In this document: one piece after another, positions 45,598-56,828 of the stretch | Layout: each line of letters opens with the position of its first letter | How positions within the stretch are numbered: the stretch's first letter is position 1 | Source of the DNA: an uncultured virus (IMG/VR IMGVR_UViG_2049941000_000098) | Lineage: Duplodnaviria; Heunggongvirae; Uroviricota; Caudoviricetes | Virus record (IMG/VR): IMGVR_UViG_2049941000_000098 | Direction: 5' to 3' (one strand) | DNA length: 64,000 bases | The notes under the pieces: generated by a model | Databases searched by the model: none | Told to the model about the DNA's origin: nothing | What the model saw: only the letters and a program-made list of their open reading frames with translations | Program-made: the position numbers and the translations under genes

Positions 45598-46059
45598 AAT
45601 TCTTCGTCCTCCTCGCCGTTGTCAACATAACCCCAATCCAAACACCAATCGTAAAAATCATCTTTGTTCACCAATCGGCGTATGAAACCGTCACGGTTTT
45701 CCGCACTGCACGAATACCAACCGCTGTTGTACTCAATCACGTATTCATCCCAATACTCGAANNNNNNNNNNNNNNNNNNNNNNNNNNNNNNNNNNNNNNN
45801 NNNNNNNNNNNNNNNNNNNNNNNNNNNNNNNNNNNNNNNNNNCACCGCCACGAAGTTTGTCGCCGTCGTAATGCCCGCCGTAATATATCTTTTGGGCGAT
45901 TGATTGTACGATTTCGTCCTCCTCGTTTTCGGACAACAGATACTTTGCATCCCACATTTCGACGATACGTATGTTTTTCTTATCCTCGAGGTATTCAACA
46001 CCCCGTTCCGCCAACATCGCGTCGAAATCCCAACCGTTGTCTTTGATTCGTGTTCTCAT
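45594..46059 (-). CDS. Acidic protein with MRTRIKD leader, spanning a gap
   Basis: ORF 45745..46059 joined to ...DWGYVDNGEEDEEL. Confidence 0.6.
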
Positions 46060-46062
46060 AGA

Positions 46063-46473
46063 TTAAAATTCTTCGTCCACATTCTTGGCTTGTCCCCATT
46101 TACCGTTCTTTGGTCTGTAGTACGCCATGAATGTTCTTGTGTTCTTGTCGTAATCCACCTTTGCCAACAGCGCGTCAACACTTCCACCGATGTTAACTTT
46201 ATCAGGCAGGGTCAGTTTCACACCGCATACGTGTTTTTTACCATTGCCACCTTTAAGGTTGCCGCCGCCGACTTTAAGATAACCGTTGCCGTCAACTATT
46301 TTCCAAAACTCATTCTTAAAGGCTTCTATCGTTTCGTCAGGAAGTGCCTCGTCGGTGCGGTTGAACAGTGACGAACGCAACGAACCCGAACCGCCCGAAC
46401 GCATGTCGGAAACACGTTGTTTGCGCGAATCGCTCACCGCCTTCAGTTTTTTGTAATTGAAATTTTTAGCCAT
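46063..46473 (-). CDS. Basic protein with KAVSDSRKQRVSD leader
   Basis: 136-aa ORF; TATATTTG at 46499-46506. Confidence 0.7.
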   Translation of the reverse strand: MAKNFNYKKLKAVSDSRKQRVSDMRSGGSGSLRSSLFNRTDEALPDETIEAFKNEFWKIVDGNGYLKVGGGNLKGGNGKKHVCGVKLTLPDKVNIGGSVDALLAKVDYDKNTRTFMAYYRPKNGKWGQAKNVDEEF

Positions 46474-46516
46474 AATGATAAATATTTTAAATCAAACACA
46501 AATATACGGTTTTAAT

Positions 46517-47221
46517 TTATACCGACAAACCGAAATGTGCGAAATTATCCCGTATGTGTCTGTCGTATTTTGTCCTGTTGAAGTTGTATAACGTCCCGCA
46601 CCCAATCGGCAACCGTTGTTTTCGGTTTTTCCGCGTCCCCGACAAATTGCAAACACCGATTCCGTGACTAATCATGTACGGGGACAGATATGTGTCGTCA
46701 CACGTCGGGGAAACGCGGTACGCCTCGTCGATGTCCGCCCGTTCCAACCTCATTACGTTCGGCGGGAAAACCAAACCCCAACCCGAATAAACCACAAACC
46801 CGTCGTGATACACGCCCGTATTCGTGATAAAATCTTGTTCAAGGAACGGGAATCCGACCCGACGCATTCCGAACGAATACACATAGTCAGAACCGTGTTT
46901 TTCATACGCTTGTTCAAATGTCCGCCAACAATCTGGGTCGTATATCAGGTCGTCATCAATCACCCATACGAAATCACCGTCGAACTCCCGTTCCGACAAC
47001 GCCGTGTATTTGTTGTGGCTTTTACAATCATGCCCGACGTATCGGATGTCGAAGGACGGAAATGCGGATTTATCCATGCGACTGACGTATTTGTCGTTTT
47101 CCGACACGTACAAAACGACAGAATCGGGGGTCATGTTGGCATATACCGATTCGATTGTCTTGGGTAACGTACCGTTCAACCGCAAGCCGTATGACGTTAA
47201 CGTGACTATTTTATGGCACAT
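46517..47221 (-). CDS. GT-A fold glycosyltransferase
   Basis: VTLTSY..RL, WVIDDDLIY (DxD), GWGLVFPP, CDDTYLS. Confidence 0.75.
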   Translation of the reverse strand: MCHKIVTLTSYGLRLNGTLPKTIESVYANMTPDSVVLYVSENDKYVSRMDKSAFPSFDIRYVGHDCKSHNKYTALSEREFDGDFVWVIDDDLIYDPDCWRTFEQAYEKHGSDYVYSFGMRRVGFPFLEQDFITNTGVYHDGFVVYSGWGLVFPPNVMRLERADIDEAYRVSPTCDDTYLSPYMISHGIGVCNLSGTRKNRKQRLPIGCGTLYNFNRTKYDRHIRDNFAHFGLSV

Positions 47222-48047
47222 TGTTTTAACTCATTGGCTGATTCGTTCCATTTCCTGATATACTCCAATTTTTCGGGTGTTTTTTCGTTCATTCTGAAAA
47301 AATAATCCAATTTAAGTTCGTCGTTGTTGCACCTGAACGTGGATAACCGCCCGATTTTGTATTTCAAAAATTCGGATAATGTCTTCGTCATATAATGCGC
47401 GATGTAACACCTGTGATTTCCGCACACCGTCTTGTGGTTGTTCCCGNNNNNNNNNNTGAAACACGTTTCCCATCGCAATCACAATATTTGCGTTCGTGTT
47501 TGTTTTGTGTGCATACGTGGGAATTGACGAAAAACATGTTTTTAATACCACCCCTGACGGTCGTTTTAATGATTCTGTTGAACGGGTTATTACCGTCGTA
47601 TAATTTGTTCGTGATACGTTCGTAAACGGGCGCAGATTCGTTTCCTTCGATTATCCCGTCGTCCCCGTACACTTGCCAATTCAAAGCCAAAAGATTGATT
47701 TCAGACGGCAATCCATCAACCAATCCGCGCATGTCGTCCGTAACCACGAACTCGTCGATGTCGATAAACGTACACCATTCGTAATCGTTGTAATGTTTCC
47801 GTATGAATCGGTTGTAAACATACGCCTGTTTGCTACGAAGATTATCACCCCGAACATCAACCACAACCACCTTGTCACGGTACGCCGTGTCGATACAATC
47901 CCCGACATACGGGTCGGACGGGTCGTTGTTGTCGAAAAGATATATTCGGTCATACCCCATGTCGATGTGATATTTGACCCAATCATTTATGTATGCGTTT
48001 TCGTTTTTTGCCAACGAACATATAACCAATTTATCCATTTTACCCAT
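47206..48047 (-). CDS. Glycosyltransferase (GT2/GT92-like), two ORFs joined across a gap
   Basis: AKNENAYINDWVKYH..GYDRIYLFDNND, FIDIDEFV, HYMTKTLSEF. Confidence 0.8.
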
Positions 48048-48127
48048 GTGTTTGTTTTAAAACAAAATAAACACCCCGCCTGTTGACAAGGTGTTTATAA
48101 TTCTACAAACCGTTTGTTCGGTTATAA

Positions 48128-48496
48128 TCACGAGCCCTCACCCGACGCGGCGGCGGCATCCTGACCAATAATACGCACCTTGTAGGTTACAGGATTCTCA
48201 GCCCAACTTTCAACCGTTTCTTCACCGAACGACACAGTGACATCGTTGTCGTCCGTATCAATGGTTACATCCACGATTACCGCCTCGTCAACATTGTTCG
48301 ACGCGTCGGTAATAAACAATTGAACAATCGGGTTCATGATTCCGTGGGTGTCACCGCTAATTGTTTCGTAGTTGTCGTCACTCGACGACGAGCGCGTGAA
48401 CGTGTCTTCGTAAAGGATAATCGGAATTTGACCGTCAACCTGTGCGGCGTTTTGGATGCTGTTACCGTTCAAATCCAAATTGCATAATACTTTCAT
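48128..48496 (-). CDS. Small fibre-associated structural protein
   Basis: NLDLNGNSIQNA start; THG...PIVQ...DVT...VTVSF domain shared with 55058..56827. Confidence 0.6.
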   Translation of the reverse strand: MKVLCNLDLNGNSIQNAAQVDGQIPIILYEDTFTRSSSSDDNYETISGDTHGIMNPIVQLFITDASNNVDEAVIVDVTIDTDDNDVTVSFGEETVESWAENPVTYKVRIIGQDAAAASGEGS

Positions 48497-48540
48497 ATAA
48501 ACTTGAATTTAATTATTAATACCGAATACAAACATACGAA

Positions 48541-49761
48541 TTATTTGTTTGTATTCAAAACACCGACATCATGCCGTTTTTTCCACGCCTTCACATACGA
48601 TGAGTGTATTTCATGATTCGCATCATCAAACTTTAGTTTGGAACAGTATTTTTTGATTTCGGTAAACGACATGTTCATCGTAGGGTGTCCGTTTTCCACC
48701 CAACTTTCAAACGAACCAATCCATGATTCGACAAAACGAACATCGCTGTTGTTTTTAACGCCTGTCAACATTTGCCATACATCCGACGGGGTGATTTCAT
48801 CCCAATATACTTTCAATTCTGTCCTTATCTTATTAAGAACAACCTTATACAATTCCCAATCCTCCGACAAACATTTTGGGTCATCCTTCCAACCTAATGA
48901 CATTTCCTTCATCCAACTTAAATAGTTGAAATACGAATAAACGTTCATGTTAAGAATTTCCATCTTCATAAACTCGTCTTTCTCCTTAACAATGTTGTGC
49001 AATTCATTATACCACTTGTAGTATTCGTAAATCATGCACGACGAATTTAGTGTGAACGGTGTCAACAACGCAGTGTAAAACTTATCAACATGCGTTCGCG
49101 ATTTTAGATTCGGAATCCAATAATAAAACGTATCAGCCGTGTCATCAAAATCAATTCGCTTGTAGTTCGAGTTGTTGTCGATGGCATAATCCAACATTTT
49201 GGCGAATGGATAATCTTCAGAACGGTGTGAGTTTTTTCCCGTCGGAAATGCAATGCAATTATCCCGCAAGAACTGTCTGTTGTACAATTTCGCGTTTACC
49301 CATATGCTTCTCGAATCGATTATCCTTCGGTGCTTTTCAACATCAAACGAATACAACGGCGCAGATAGCAACGCAACGGGTTTACCATCATTGCCGCCAC
49401 AATGCTGTTCATTCAATATCTCCCAAAAACGATAAAGAGCATTCGGGGCGTACATGTCATCTTCGTCACATAACAACACCCAATTGGATACCGCGTTGTC
49501 AATCCCTATTTGTCGGGAAACACCCTGTCCGTAATTTTCGGAGTTGTTGATGATACGGATAACAACATCATTACTTGCGATACGCATAAACTCGTCACTT
49601 AAAAAGTACGTATAATCCTGTTCGGGATTATCGTTTACGATTAATACTTCCAATCGGAATGAATCAGTCGGAATCCATTGGGTTACTAAAGATACAACTG
49701 AATTACGTACCACGCTTATATCACTATAAGCGGGTATGACCACTGATAATGTTTTCTCCAT
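48541..49761 (-). CDS. Glycosyltransferase family 2
   Basis: LSVVIPAY, LIVND, NYGQGVSRQIGID, LLCDEDD, SED; ATG at 49761. Confidence 0.85.
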   Translation of the reverse strand: MEKTLSVVIPAYSDISVVRNSVVSLVTQWIPTDSFRLEVLIVNDNPEQDYTYFLSDEFMRIASNDVVIRIINNSENYGQGVSRQIGIDNAVSNWVLLCDEDDMYAPNALYRFWEILNEQHCGGNDGKPVALLSAPLYSFDVEKHRRIIDSRSIWVNAKLYNRQFLRDNCIAFPTGKNSHRSEDYPFAKMLDYAIDNNSNYKRIDFDDTADTFYYWIPNLKSRTHVDKFYTALLTPFTLNSSCMIYEYYKWYNELHNIVKEKDEFMKMEILNMNVYSYFNYLSWMKEMSLGWKDDPKCLSEDWELYKVVLNKIRTELKVYWDEITPSDVWQMLTGVKNNSDVRFVESWIGSFESWVENGHPTMNMSFTEIKKYCSKLKFDDANHEIHSSYVKAWKKRHDVGVLNTNK

Positions 49762-49787
49762 TTTGTTGTTGTTTTTANNNNNNNNNN

Positions 49788-50511
49788 GTGAATTATTTGT
49801 CGGCGTAGAAACAGTATGCTTGAATGTTGCTTTTGTGCCTGAATAACGATACGAATCCCTTAATTCCGTGAAAAACTCGCTTGCTTTGGTTATTCCGTTC
49901 GTAAGCGAATAAGTAAAGGTTGTGGCAAGTGCTGTCTTGGTCGCCGTGGCGTACATGGGTTGCCACGTTTCCTCCCCATGTCCAGGCAGTGTCACGCTCA
50001 TCGTACCGCCCGCATATGGACTCATGGAACATAGAACCGAAAAACGTCCGTCAATCGGTCTGCTGATAGAACGCAAATTATTAACATTCGCCCAATGGTA
50101 TGTTGACGATGTTGACGCAAACGGGAAGAAATTAGGCAAATTAAATACAGGTGTCGCTTCTATTGATACGCTATATCCCCATATTGTCGAATTATTAGAT
50201 TTATACGAATAAAACGACAATGGATATGTGTGATAAGGAGTGTCCCACGCTTGATAGTTATCCGAATAACGCGCCTGTCCTGAATAATAATAGTACGTGT
50301 AATTTGCCGAAATGGTATTAGTGACCTTTTTAAGTTCGTAATCTGTGTAACTATATGGGAATGCCGATGCGGTATAACTATACCATGNNNNNNNNNNCGT
50401 TTTGGTTGTGTTACTTAATGATACCGCAACCTTACGAAACGTGCTACCATTAAAACTAACACGATGTATCGGGGACGTAGTATTACCGTTGTAATAACAA
50501 TATTGTGCCAT
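49788..50511 (-). CDS. Tyr/Ser/Thr-rich hypothetical structural protein
   Basis: 5' part of the 656-aa ORF, separated from the GT2 gene by a gap. Confidence 0.55.
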
Positions 50512-50514
50512 ATC

Positions 50515-53442
50515 TTATGTTGTTGATATACGTAATATGTCGGTTGAACCCGATTCTACCCAAACCTTTACGCCGCCCAACACGGTTTTACTCGACGCGG
50601 GAACACTCGTCAGGTAGTTTTTACCCTCTACAAATGTCGCCACGGCTTTGCTTGTTGGCAGATTTGTACTTGTGCTTGCGGCGGCGATACTCGAGTCAAC
50701 CGCCTTTGCGCACGCCGCGCCTAATGTGTAATCCGCACCAACCGTCAGTGTTTTTGATGTCGTGCCGCCCGAAATGGAAAAACCTGTCGCATTCTTGGTA
50801 AGTGTCAGCGGTTTGTTCGTGATGTCCGCCCAATCGTAATGGTCGGTAAACACTGCATCCGATGGTACTGACTTGGCAATCGAACAACCATTAACAGTGC
50901 CATTTATGTTGTTGGTTAATGTCGCATTAGTCGATATAATAACCGTACCACCTGTTGTATATGAAGCACTACCATGTCCACTTATTGAATCACATAAAGT
51001 CCAAGTTGAAATACCATTACCAGCTCTATTACCACTATCCAACACGGTGAAATGATAACCTCCATATCGTTCTGTCATCTTACACCACAACTCAACATTG
51101 GGTGATTTCCAAACAAAGATAAAATCATTAACATCAATACCATTATTAACAGCCCAATTTAATTTTGTACTACTACTATTAAACGCTGATTCAGCATCCC
51201 ATCTCGCTCTACATTTAAGAATACCATTACGTGCTACACCAGCACCTGTTGTTACAAAGAATGTGACAACTTTATCTGTTTGTGCAGCAGCAACTGCATA
51301 GGCAACCTTATGCCATGCGTAACTTGCATAGTCTGAAGTGCTATCATAATGGTATCTATATATATCACAAGCAGTTGGAACACCTGCATTTAAGTAAAAC
51401 GGTTTGATTGGATTGCCAAAACTTGATGTGCCTAATTTAGTTGCCGTAGTTGCGGTTGCGGCGTTGCCACTAATAGTTGTTATTTCGTTTCCATTGATGT
51501 AACCCTTTCCAGACGAAACGTAGGTATCAACCTTCGACACCATATCTTCAGGTGCGGGTGTCCAATCGGTTGCCAATGTACCGTATTCAAGTTGGTCAGC
51601 GCATATATACAGTATGTTTCCAACGGTTGCAGACTTCACATACACATACCCTGCTCGTATGCCACTCGTATGGTCGTAATTGGGGGTCTTTGTATATATA
51701 TATCGATGCCAATCCGTATCGGTAATAGTGTATGTAACATCGCCCCCTTCCCTTGAACCTGATGCGTCTGAATAAAGCGGTTGTAACCGCACAATATCAC
51801 CAACATTACCCTTAACCCACACCGATTGTGTCATTGTTTGTTTACGCAAAGGAACACCGCTTTGCGCGAATCCTATTTCTGTGTTTGCGGTAGTTATGGT
51901 GATTTTTATTCCATTCATCACCGAAGGTATCGGGGTACTTGGTAACGAGACATTTTCAATGCTTCCTCCACTATTCGACTTGTAGAATTTGCCGTATGCC
52001 CAAGTAGTGTCTGTTGTGTCAATGGTAAGTGTTGCCGTGCCTTTCAATAGATTTCGTCCGCCAATCGCTAATTCATCAAGTTTCTTTTTATCGGTCGATA
52101 GCATTAGACCATTTGCCGATTGTGTTACCACATCATACGTAGTGTCGGTGAATACCGCATTAGATGGTACGGATTTGCCGAGTGTATATCCATTTAATGT
52201 CCCTTTGTACACGACATTTCTTTCCACGCAACTTGTAGTCGAAAAATCTATACTGTTGTATATCTCACTATTAACCGCTGTTGCTGTCGAACTACTTACC
52301 GTTGCGTACTTTACAATGAATGGTGTGAATGAATTTGGTATGCTCACACCTTGTGTATAAAAGTTACGATTANNNNNNNNNNCGAGTCCGCCAAACCATT
52401 TGGTGACATTATCTATTGTGTACTGAAACCGACAAGCCCTGAATCCTTGTGTGTTCGACAAACTACTTGATGTATTTCTGTATGTCGTTATAAGTGTGTA
52501 TTCAAAGCCGTTGTCAATATCTTTCTTTGACATAATATCTATCTTCGCCCAATGTGCGAAATTATCACCCGTACTGTTTCTTGATGCGATTATATTGCCA
52601 CTCCAACCTTTTGTCGTATTTGTTGTTGTACCTGCTGTTAATTCGCACAATGCAATAACCAATCGACTGCCTTCATTACTGATTAACTCATTACATAACG
52701 TATCTTCAGTTGCGGGCAACCAATCCGTCGGAATATTGCCTTCCTCTATTTTTGGATGCCAATATACAAAGTCAAATGTGTAGCCACTAACATTGTCGGG
52801 GTCAACGAAATTAAAACCTATATTTGAGCCTGTTATACTTGAACCATCTATAACAAAATATTTCCTGCCAACTTCACCGACATCCCATATACATCGCTTA
52901 CTACTATTACCATTGGATTGTATGCACACCCGTGTTTGTCCCAGATTCTTAACGTACATCGAAACAACATATTGTTTTGCCTTCCAATGCGCGATTTGTT
53001 GAGGATATGGTGACTGATACGTACCGTAAATATAGTTAGTTCCTTTCGTGCCAACCGCCCTTATGCCGTCACTTGCGTTCCATTCGGTCACAATTACATT
53101 GTCAATAAATGTGACGGTCGGACTACCATACAAATTAAAGTGTTTAACTCTTGTATTGGGTAATAGGTTTCTTCCGCCCACTTCTATATCTACAGATGAT
53201 TCGTTAAATGGTTTCCATTGCGTGCCGTCATACATATAATATCCTTTCGGATATGTGATACTCCCGTTCTGTGATGTATCATTAATCACATAAACCATTT
53301 CGCCGACGTACTTGTTCGCACCAATAGTAGATTCAAGGTCGGCATAATATTCCACAACCTCCCTATTATCAAGAGGCGCACCCATGCCAACCTCAAACAT
53401 GTTGTTGAATGTGACCGCACCGACTGTATATTGTTTACCCAT
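50515..53442 (-). CDS. Tail fibre/receptor-binding protein with two carbohydrate-binding-like domains
   Basis: Two GGRNLL...E.G...TDW.PA.ED domains; SVPSNAVFTD / SVPSDAVFTD fibre repeats. Confidence 0.75.
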   Translation of the reverse strand: MGKQYTVGAVTFNNMFEVGMGAPLDNREVVEYYADLESTIGANKYVGEMVYVINDTSQNGSITYPKGYYMYDGTQWKPFNESSVDIEVGGRNLLPNTRVKHFNLYGSPTVTFIDNVIVTEWNASDGIRAVGTKGTNYIYGTYQSPYPQQIAHWKAKQYVVSMYVKNLGQTRVCIQSNGNSSKRCIWDVGEVGRKYFVIDGSSITGSNIGFNFVDPDNVSGYTFDFVYWHPKIEEGNIPTDWLPATEDTLCNELISNEGSRLVIALCELTAGTTTNTTKGWSGNIIASRNSTGDNFAHWAKIDIMSKKDIDNGFEYTLITTYRNTSSSLSNTQGFRACRFQYTIDNVTKWFGGLXXXXNRNFYTQGVSIPNSFTPFIVKYATVSSSTATAVNSEIYNSIDFSTTSCVERNVVYKGTLNGYTLGKSVPSNAVFTDTTYDVVTQSANGLMLSTDKKKLDELAIGGRNLLKGTATLTIDTTDTTWAYGKFYKSNSGGSIENVSLPSTPIPSVMNGIKITITTANTEIGFAQSGVPLRKQTMTQSVWVKGNVGDIVRLQPLYSDASGSREGGDVTYTITDTDWHRYIYTKTPNYDHTSGIRAGYVYVKSATVGNILYICADQLEYGTLATDWTPAPEDMVSKVDTYVSSGKGYINGNEITTISGNAATATTATKLGTSSFGNPIKPFYLNAGVPTACDIYRYHYDSTSDYASYAWHKVAYAVAAAQTDKVVTFFVTTGAGVARNGILKCRARWDAESAFNSSSTKLNWAVNNGIDVNDFIFVWKSPNVELWCKMTERYGGYHFTVLDSGNRAGNGISTWTLCDSISGHGSASYTTGGTVIISTNATLTNNINGTVNGCSIAKSVPSDAVFTDHYDWADITNKPLTLTKNATGFSISGGTTSKTLTVGADYTLGAACAKAVDSSIAAASTSTNLPTSKAVATFVEGKNYLTSVPASSKTVLGGVKVWVESGSTDILRISTT

Positions 53443-53445
53443 TTA

Positions 53446-55041
53446 CTACGATATGAGAATTTTATAAATACGATTACCAATTGTGTCAGGTGATGTATAG
53501 CAATATGTTTTGTAAGCGATTGTTACATCATTAATGGTTTTATTGTGATAATAAACCGTTTGATTGTTTCCATCCGTATATGCCTTTAACGCCCAATCCG
53601 CCGTATGGTCACGCCAAACATTAAATCCAGTGTCCCACCACCACACCTTGCGTAATGTCCAACTGTTTGGAATCTCGAATGTGTACGGGGTTGTACTACT
53701 ATGACTTGGGAATGATACATTCAGACCGATATTGGTTGATTGTTCGGGTGTTTTTGAACTAAAATCCTCTGTGCTTTGTAAAACAGACTTGGCTTTGATG
53801 CTTTGTTCTTGCGTTACACTTAAACTTGCGCTATTCGTATTGGCAAATACGGGACACACAATCTCAATGCCCTTATTACCCGATTTGATTTCGTGACCAA
53901 CAAATGCCGCAAGAGTTGATTCGTTGCCCGCACTGTCAGAATATTTTGTTCCGTTGCCAAATGTGACACCACCCTTGAACGAAACGGTTTGTTCAACCGA
54001 CGTACTTATCGTATTGCCACCAATGTTGATATTTTCCCCATTAATTTGGAACAAACCAGCCGCACTGACAGTTACAGTGATTGTTTGTTCGGTTGATGTG
54101 GTTGATACCGACGCAACGGATGTGTCAACATTGTTCGCGGTGTGATAAAGTTGAATTTCAGATACAGCACCCGCATAATTACCCAACGTCGTTTCCGATG
54201 TTCCGTTACTACGCTTAACCGTACCTTTGTTGCCCGTAATTTTGAAACTATATGTTTTTGATTTACTGCCAATTTTGATTAAATCGTCATCGCCGCTTGT
54301 TTTTGCAATTGTCGTACTTGCGTTTGTCGCAACATATGGCTGATAGACTTTTACGAGGATTTTCTTGAATATATCATCAACACTCATTCCCGTCGTTATT
54401 TGTGTCCCAACGGGAATACCGCCAACCTCAATGTTTGTTGTGTACGTACTCGATATTTGCGAACCGCCTATCTCGAAATAAACGCTTCCGCCATAACGAT
54501 ACGACTTGTTGCTTGCCAAATCAACGTATATCTTGCCCGTTTCACCAACTATTTGGGTTGTGTGCGCGGAGTCCTCGTAAAATGCACCGTTGTAATAGTA
54601 ACCCTCGATGACATCGTCCACATAAGATGGTAGATATTGTGACGGTATTTTTGAGTTTTCGTCAAGCGGGGCAATACCATCAGGCTCACCGACGGGTAAA
54701 ACATCGACGGGGATTTCCGAACTCGAACCGCCGCCCGAGCCACCGTCTTGAATCAACATGATTTTTACCCAACCATCTGTTTCGTTCTTAAAATAATAGT
54801 AACCGACCTCTGAAACAACGATACCGTCAACGGTTTCGGGTTGGTCACTGTCTAATTGCGCGTCATACTCACCTGTTACATACACAACCTGTCCCATATA
54901 GTGATTCTCGCCGATTCCGTCCACCAAGTGCGCATAACGCCTTACAACGTCACGATTGTCGAGTGGTGCGCCCATACCGACCTGAAACATATTGTTGAAT
55001 GTTACCGCACCGACCGTGTATTTCCTTTCATCTGCTGACAT
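53446..55041 (-). CDS. Fibre/structural protein
   Basis: ATG at 55041 (MSADERK); GIAPLDENSKIPSQYLPSYVDDVIEG...GETGKIYVD motif. Confidence 0.7.
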   Translation of the reverse strand: MSADERKYTVGAVTFNNMFQVGMGAPLDNRDVVRRYAHLVDGIGENHYMGQVVYVTGEYDAQLDSDQPETVDGIVVSEVGYYYFKNETDGWVKIMLIQDGGSGGGSSSEIPVDVLPVGEPDGIAPLDENSKIPSQYLPSYVDDVIEGYYYNGAFYEDSAHTTQIVGETGKIYVDLASNKSYRYGGSVYFEIGGSQISSTYTTNIEVGGIPVGTQITTGMSVDDIFKKILVKVYQPYVATNASTTIAKTSGDDDLIKIGSKSKTYSFKITGNKGTVKRSNGTSETTLGNYAGAVSEIQLYHTANNVDTSVASVSTTSTEQTITVTVSAAGLFQINGENINIGGNTISTSVEQTVSFKGGVTFGNGTKYSDSAGNESTLAAFVGHEIKSGNKGIEIVCPVFANTNSASLSVTQEQSIKAKSVLQSTEDFSSKTPEQSTNIGLNVSFPSHSSTTPYTFEIPNSWTLRKVWWWDTGFNVWRDHTADWALKAYTDGNNQTVYYHNKTINDVTIAYKTYCYTSPDTIGNRIYKILIS

Positions 55042-55057
55042 ATTGTATTTTTTTAAA

Positions 55058-56827
55058 TTATCCCCAAATAATTTTGAATGTGTTTGACTCCATATACGTA
55101 TTGTTCTTGTATATATACCGTTTATATTGAACACCGTTTTTTGTCGTGTTAACAACCGAAAAATCGTTAATACGGTTATCGGGTTCATACCTTATTGCAA
55201 AGGTATTAAAATATTTGATTTCCGTTATGTTAATGGTGGACGGAATTTCAAACATGTATCTATCTGTTAAACCATGTTGTAACGGGAACGTTATCTCGAT
55301 GTACCCAACACCCCTACTTACAAGCGGTTGTTCGTATGTGTCATTTAAATGTTCTATGTCCGTGTTCGCGTATATCGGATATACAAATTCAAACGAAACC
55401 CCGTTGGATGTGTCCACCGTCCCGCTTGGTAACGGCTCACCGTATTCCTTACCCTCACTGTCATACGGTTGGTCGCCTTCGCCGTATGTTACCGACCCCC
55501 TGTATGTCACGATACATTCTTCATACCGTTGTATCACGGGTGTGATTGAATTGTCGGGTTCTTCGGTCACTTCTGCACCATCCCTGAACGCGTATTCCGT
55601 AGCCACACCCGCCGTATATCCCTGAATTGTTCCGTCAAGTGTGATGTTTCCTCGGTTGTAATTAATCCATATTGTTGGTTGGATTGAATTGCCGACCTTT
55701 ATCAGACGTTGCGCCGCCGTCGCCGATGTTTCGATTGTCGCGGACGGCGTTGTTATGGTCGGATTTATTGATGGTGCAAGTATGTCACGCAACAGTTTGT
55801 TCAAAAGTGTGTTTTTTTTGATAAAATCACCCTTATCGACACCGCCGACGTTTACGGTTGACGTGATACCGCCGTCACCTTCTTTCTTCTCACCAATCAC
55901 AACAAGGTCGTTGATGTCGTATGTAACGGATTTTGTTTTTTGTTCCGATATGACAACCGTCAAAGGTGTTAGTGTACTTATGTCATAATCATGTGTCCAA
56001 TGTATAGTCACATTCCCGTTGTCGGTTGTAACATCAAATAACGCACACTCCGAACCATACCAACACTGTACAATCGGTTTTTCCTTTCCATGTGTCGTCT
56101 TTGCTATCGTATAACTACATTCGTCGTTTTCGTTTGTAAAAACGTCCACAAACACGTCGGATGTGAAAATTACATAAAGTTCATGTTGTATGATGATGTC
56201 CTCTCCCCAAGAAACCGTGATGTCACCGTTGTTGTTAACCATGTCGAACATGACAAACTCACCATCAAGCCAACATTGTACGAACGGATTATCACCGCTT
56301 TCGTGTAATGACTTGGGAACGGTAAACTCGTTAACCAAACCCGTGTCATAAACAAATCTATATTCGGATTCCGTGATAAAAACATTCAAAACATCATCAT
56401 CACATATTTCACCGACCCTTGTCCAACTTACATTCAGGTCGCCATTGGTGTTCGTTATATCACATATCACTATCTCACCATTAAGCCAACATTGTACGAA
56501 CGGATAATCACCCATTTGGTGCGTGGTCTTCGGAATTTCGACAAAACTAACCGAACCTAAATTAGTGAACACCCCAGTATATCCGTCAACCACGGTGTTG
56601 TAACCGAATTTCAACACCAAATCCTCATCGGCGATACCCGACTTCCACCAATATTCGGCAACCGCACCGTTTTCGACGATACCAACCGTCTTGCCAACCA
56701 TACGTACCGCCAACGGGACAGCCGCGCATGCCGCTTCCTTTGATTCATACGTACCGTAATAAAAATCAATATTCGCGGACGGGTTCGCGTTCCGCACGTT
56801 GACCGATAAATCGAATGAATTTGCCAT
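55058..56827 (-). CDS. Fibre/structural protein with three tandem PxVQCW domains
   Basis: PFVQCWLNGE, PFVQCWLDGE, PIVQCWYGSE repeats. Confidence 0.7.
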   Translation of the reverse strand: MANSFDLSVNVRNANPSANIDFYYGTYESKEAACAAVPLAVRMVGKTVGIVENGAVAEYWWKSGIADEDLVLKFGYNTVVDGYTGVFTNLGSVSFVEIPKTTHQMGDYPFVQCWLNGEIVICDITNTNGDLNVSWTRVGEICDDDVLNVFITESEYRFVYDTGLVNEFTVPKSLHESGDNPFVQCWLDGEFVMFDMVNNNGDITVSWGEDIIIQHELYVIFTSDVFVDVFTNENDECSYTIAKTTHGKEKPIVQCWYGSECALFDVTTDNGNVTIHWTHDYDISTLTPLTVVISEQKTKSVTYDINDLVVIGEKKEGDGGITSTVNVGGVDKGDFIKKNTLLNKLLRDILAPSINPTITTPSATIETSATAAQRLIKVGNSIQPTIWINYNRGNITLDGTIQGYTAGVATEYAFRDGAEVTEEPDNSITPVIQRYEECIVTYRGSVTYGEGDQPYDSEGKEYGEPLPSGTVDTSNGVSFEFVYPIYANTDIEHLNDTYEQPLVSRGVGYIEITFPLQHGLTDRYMFEIPSTINITEIKYFNTFAIRYEPDNRINDFSVVNTTKNGVQYKRYIYKNNTYMESNTFKIIWG

Positions 56828-56828
56828 T

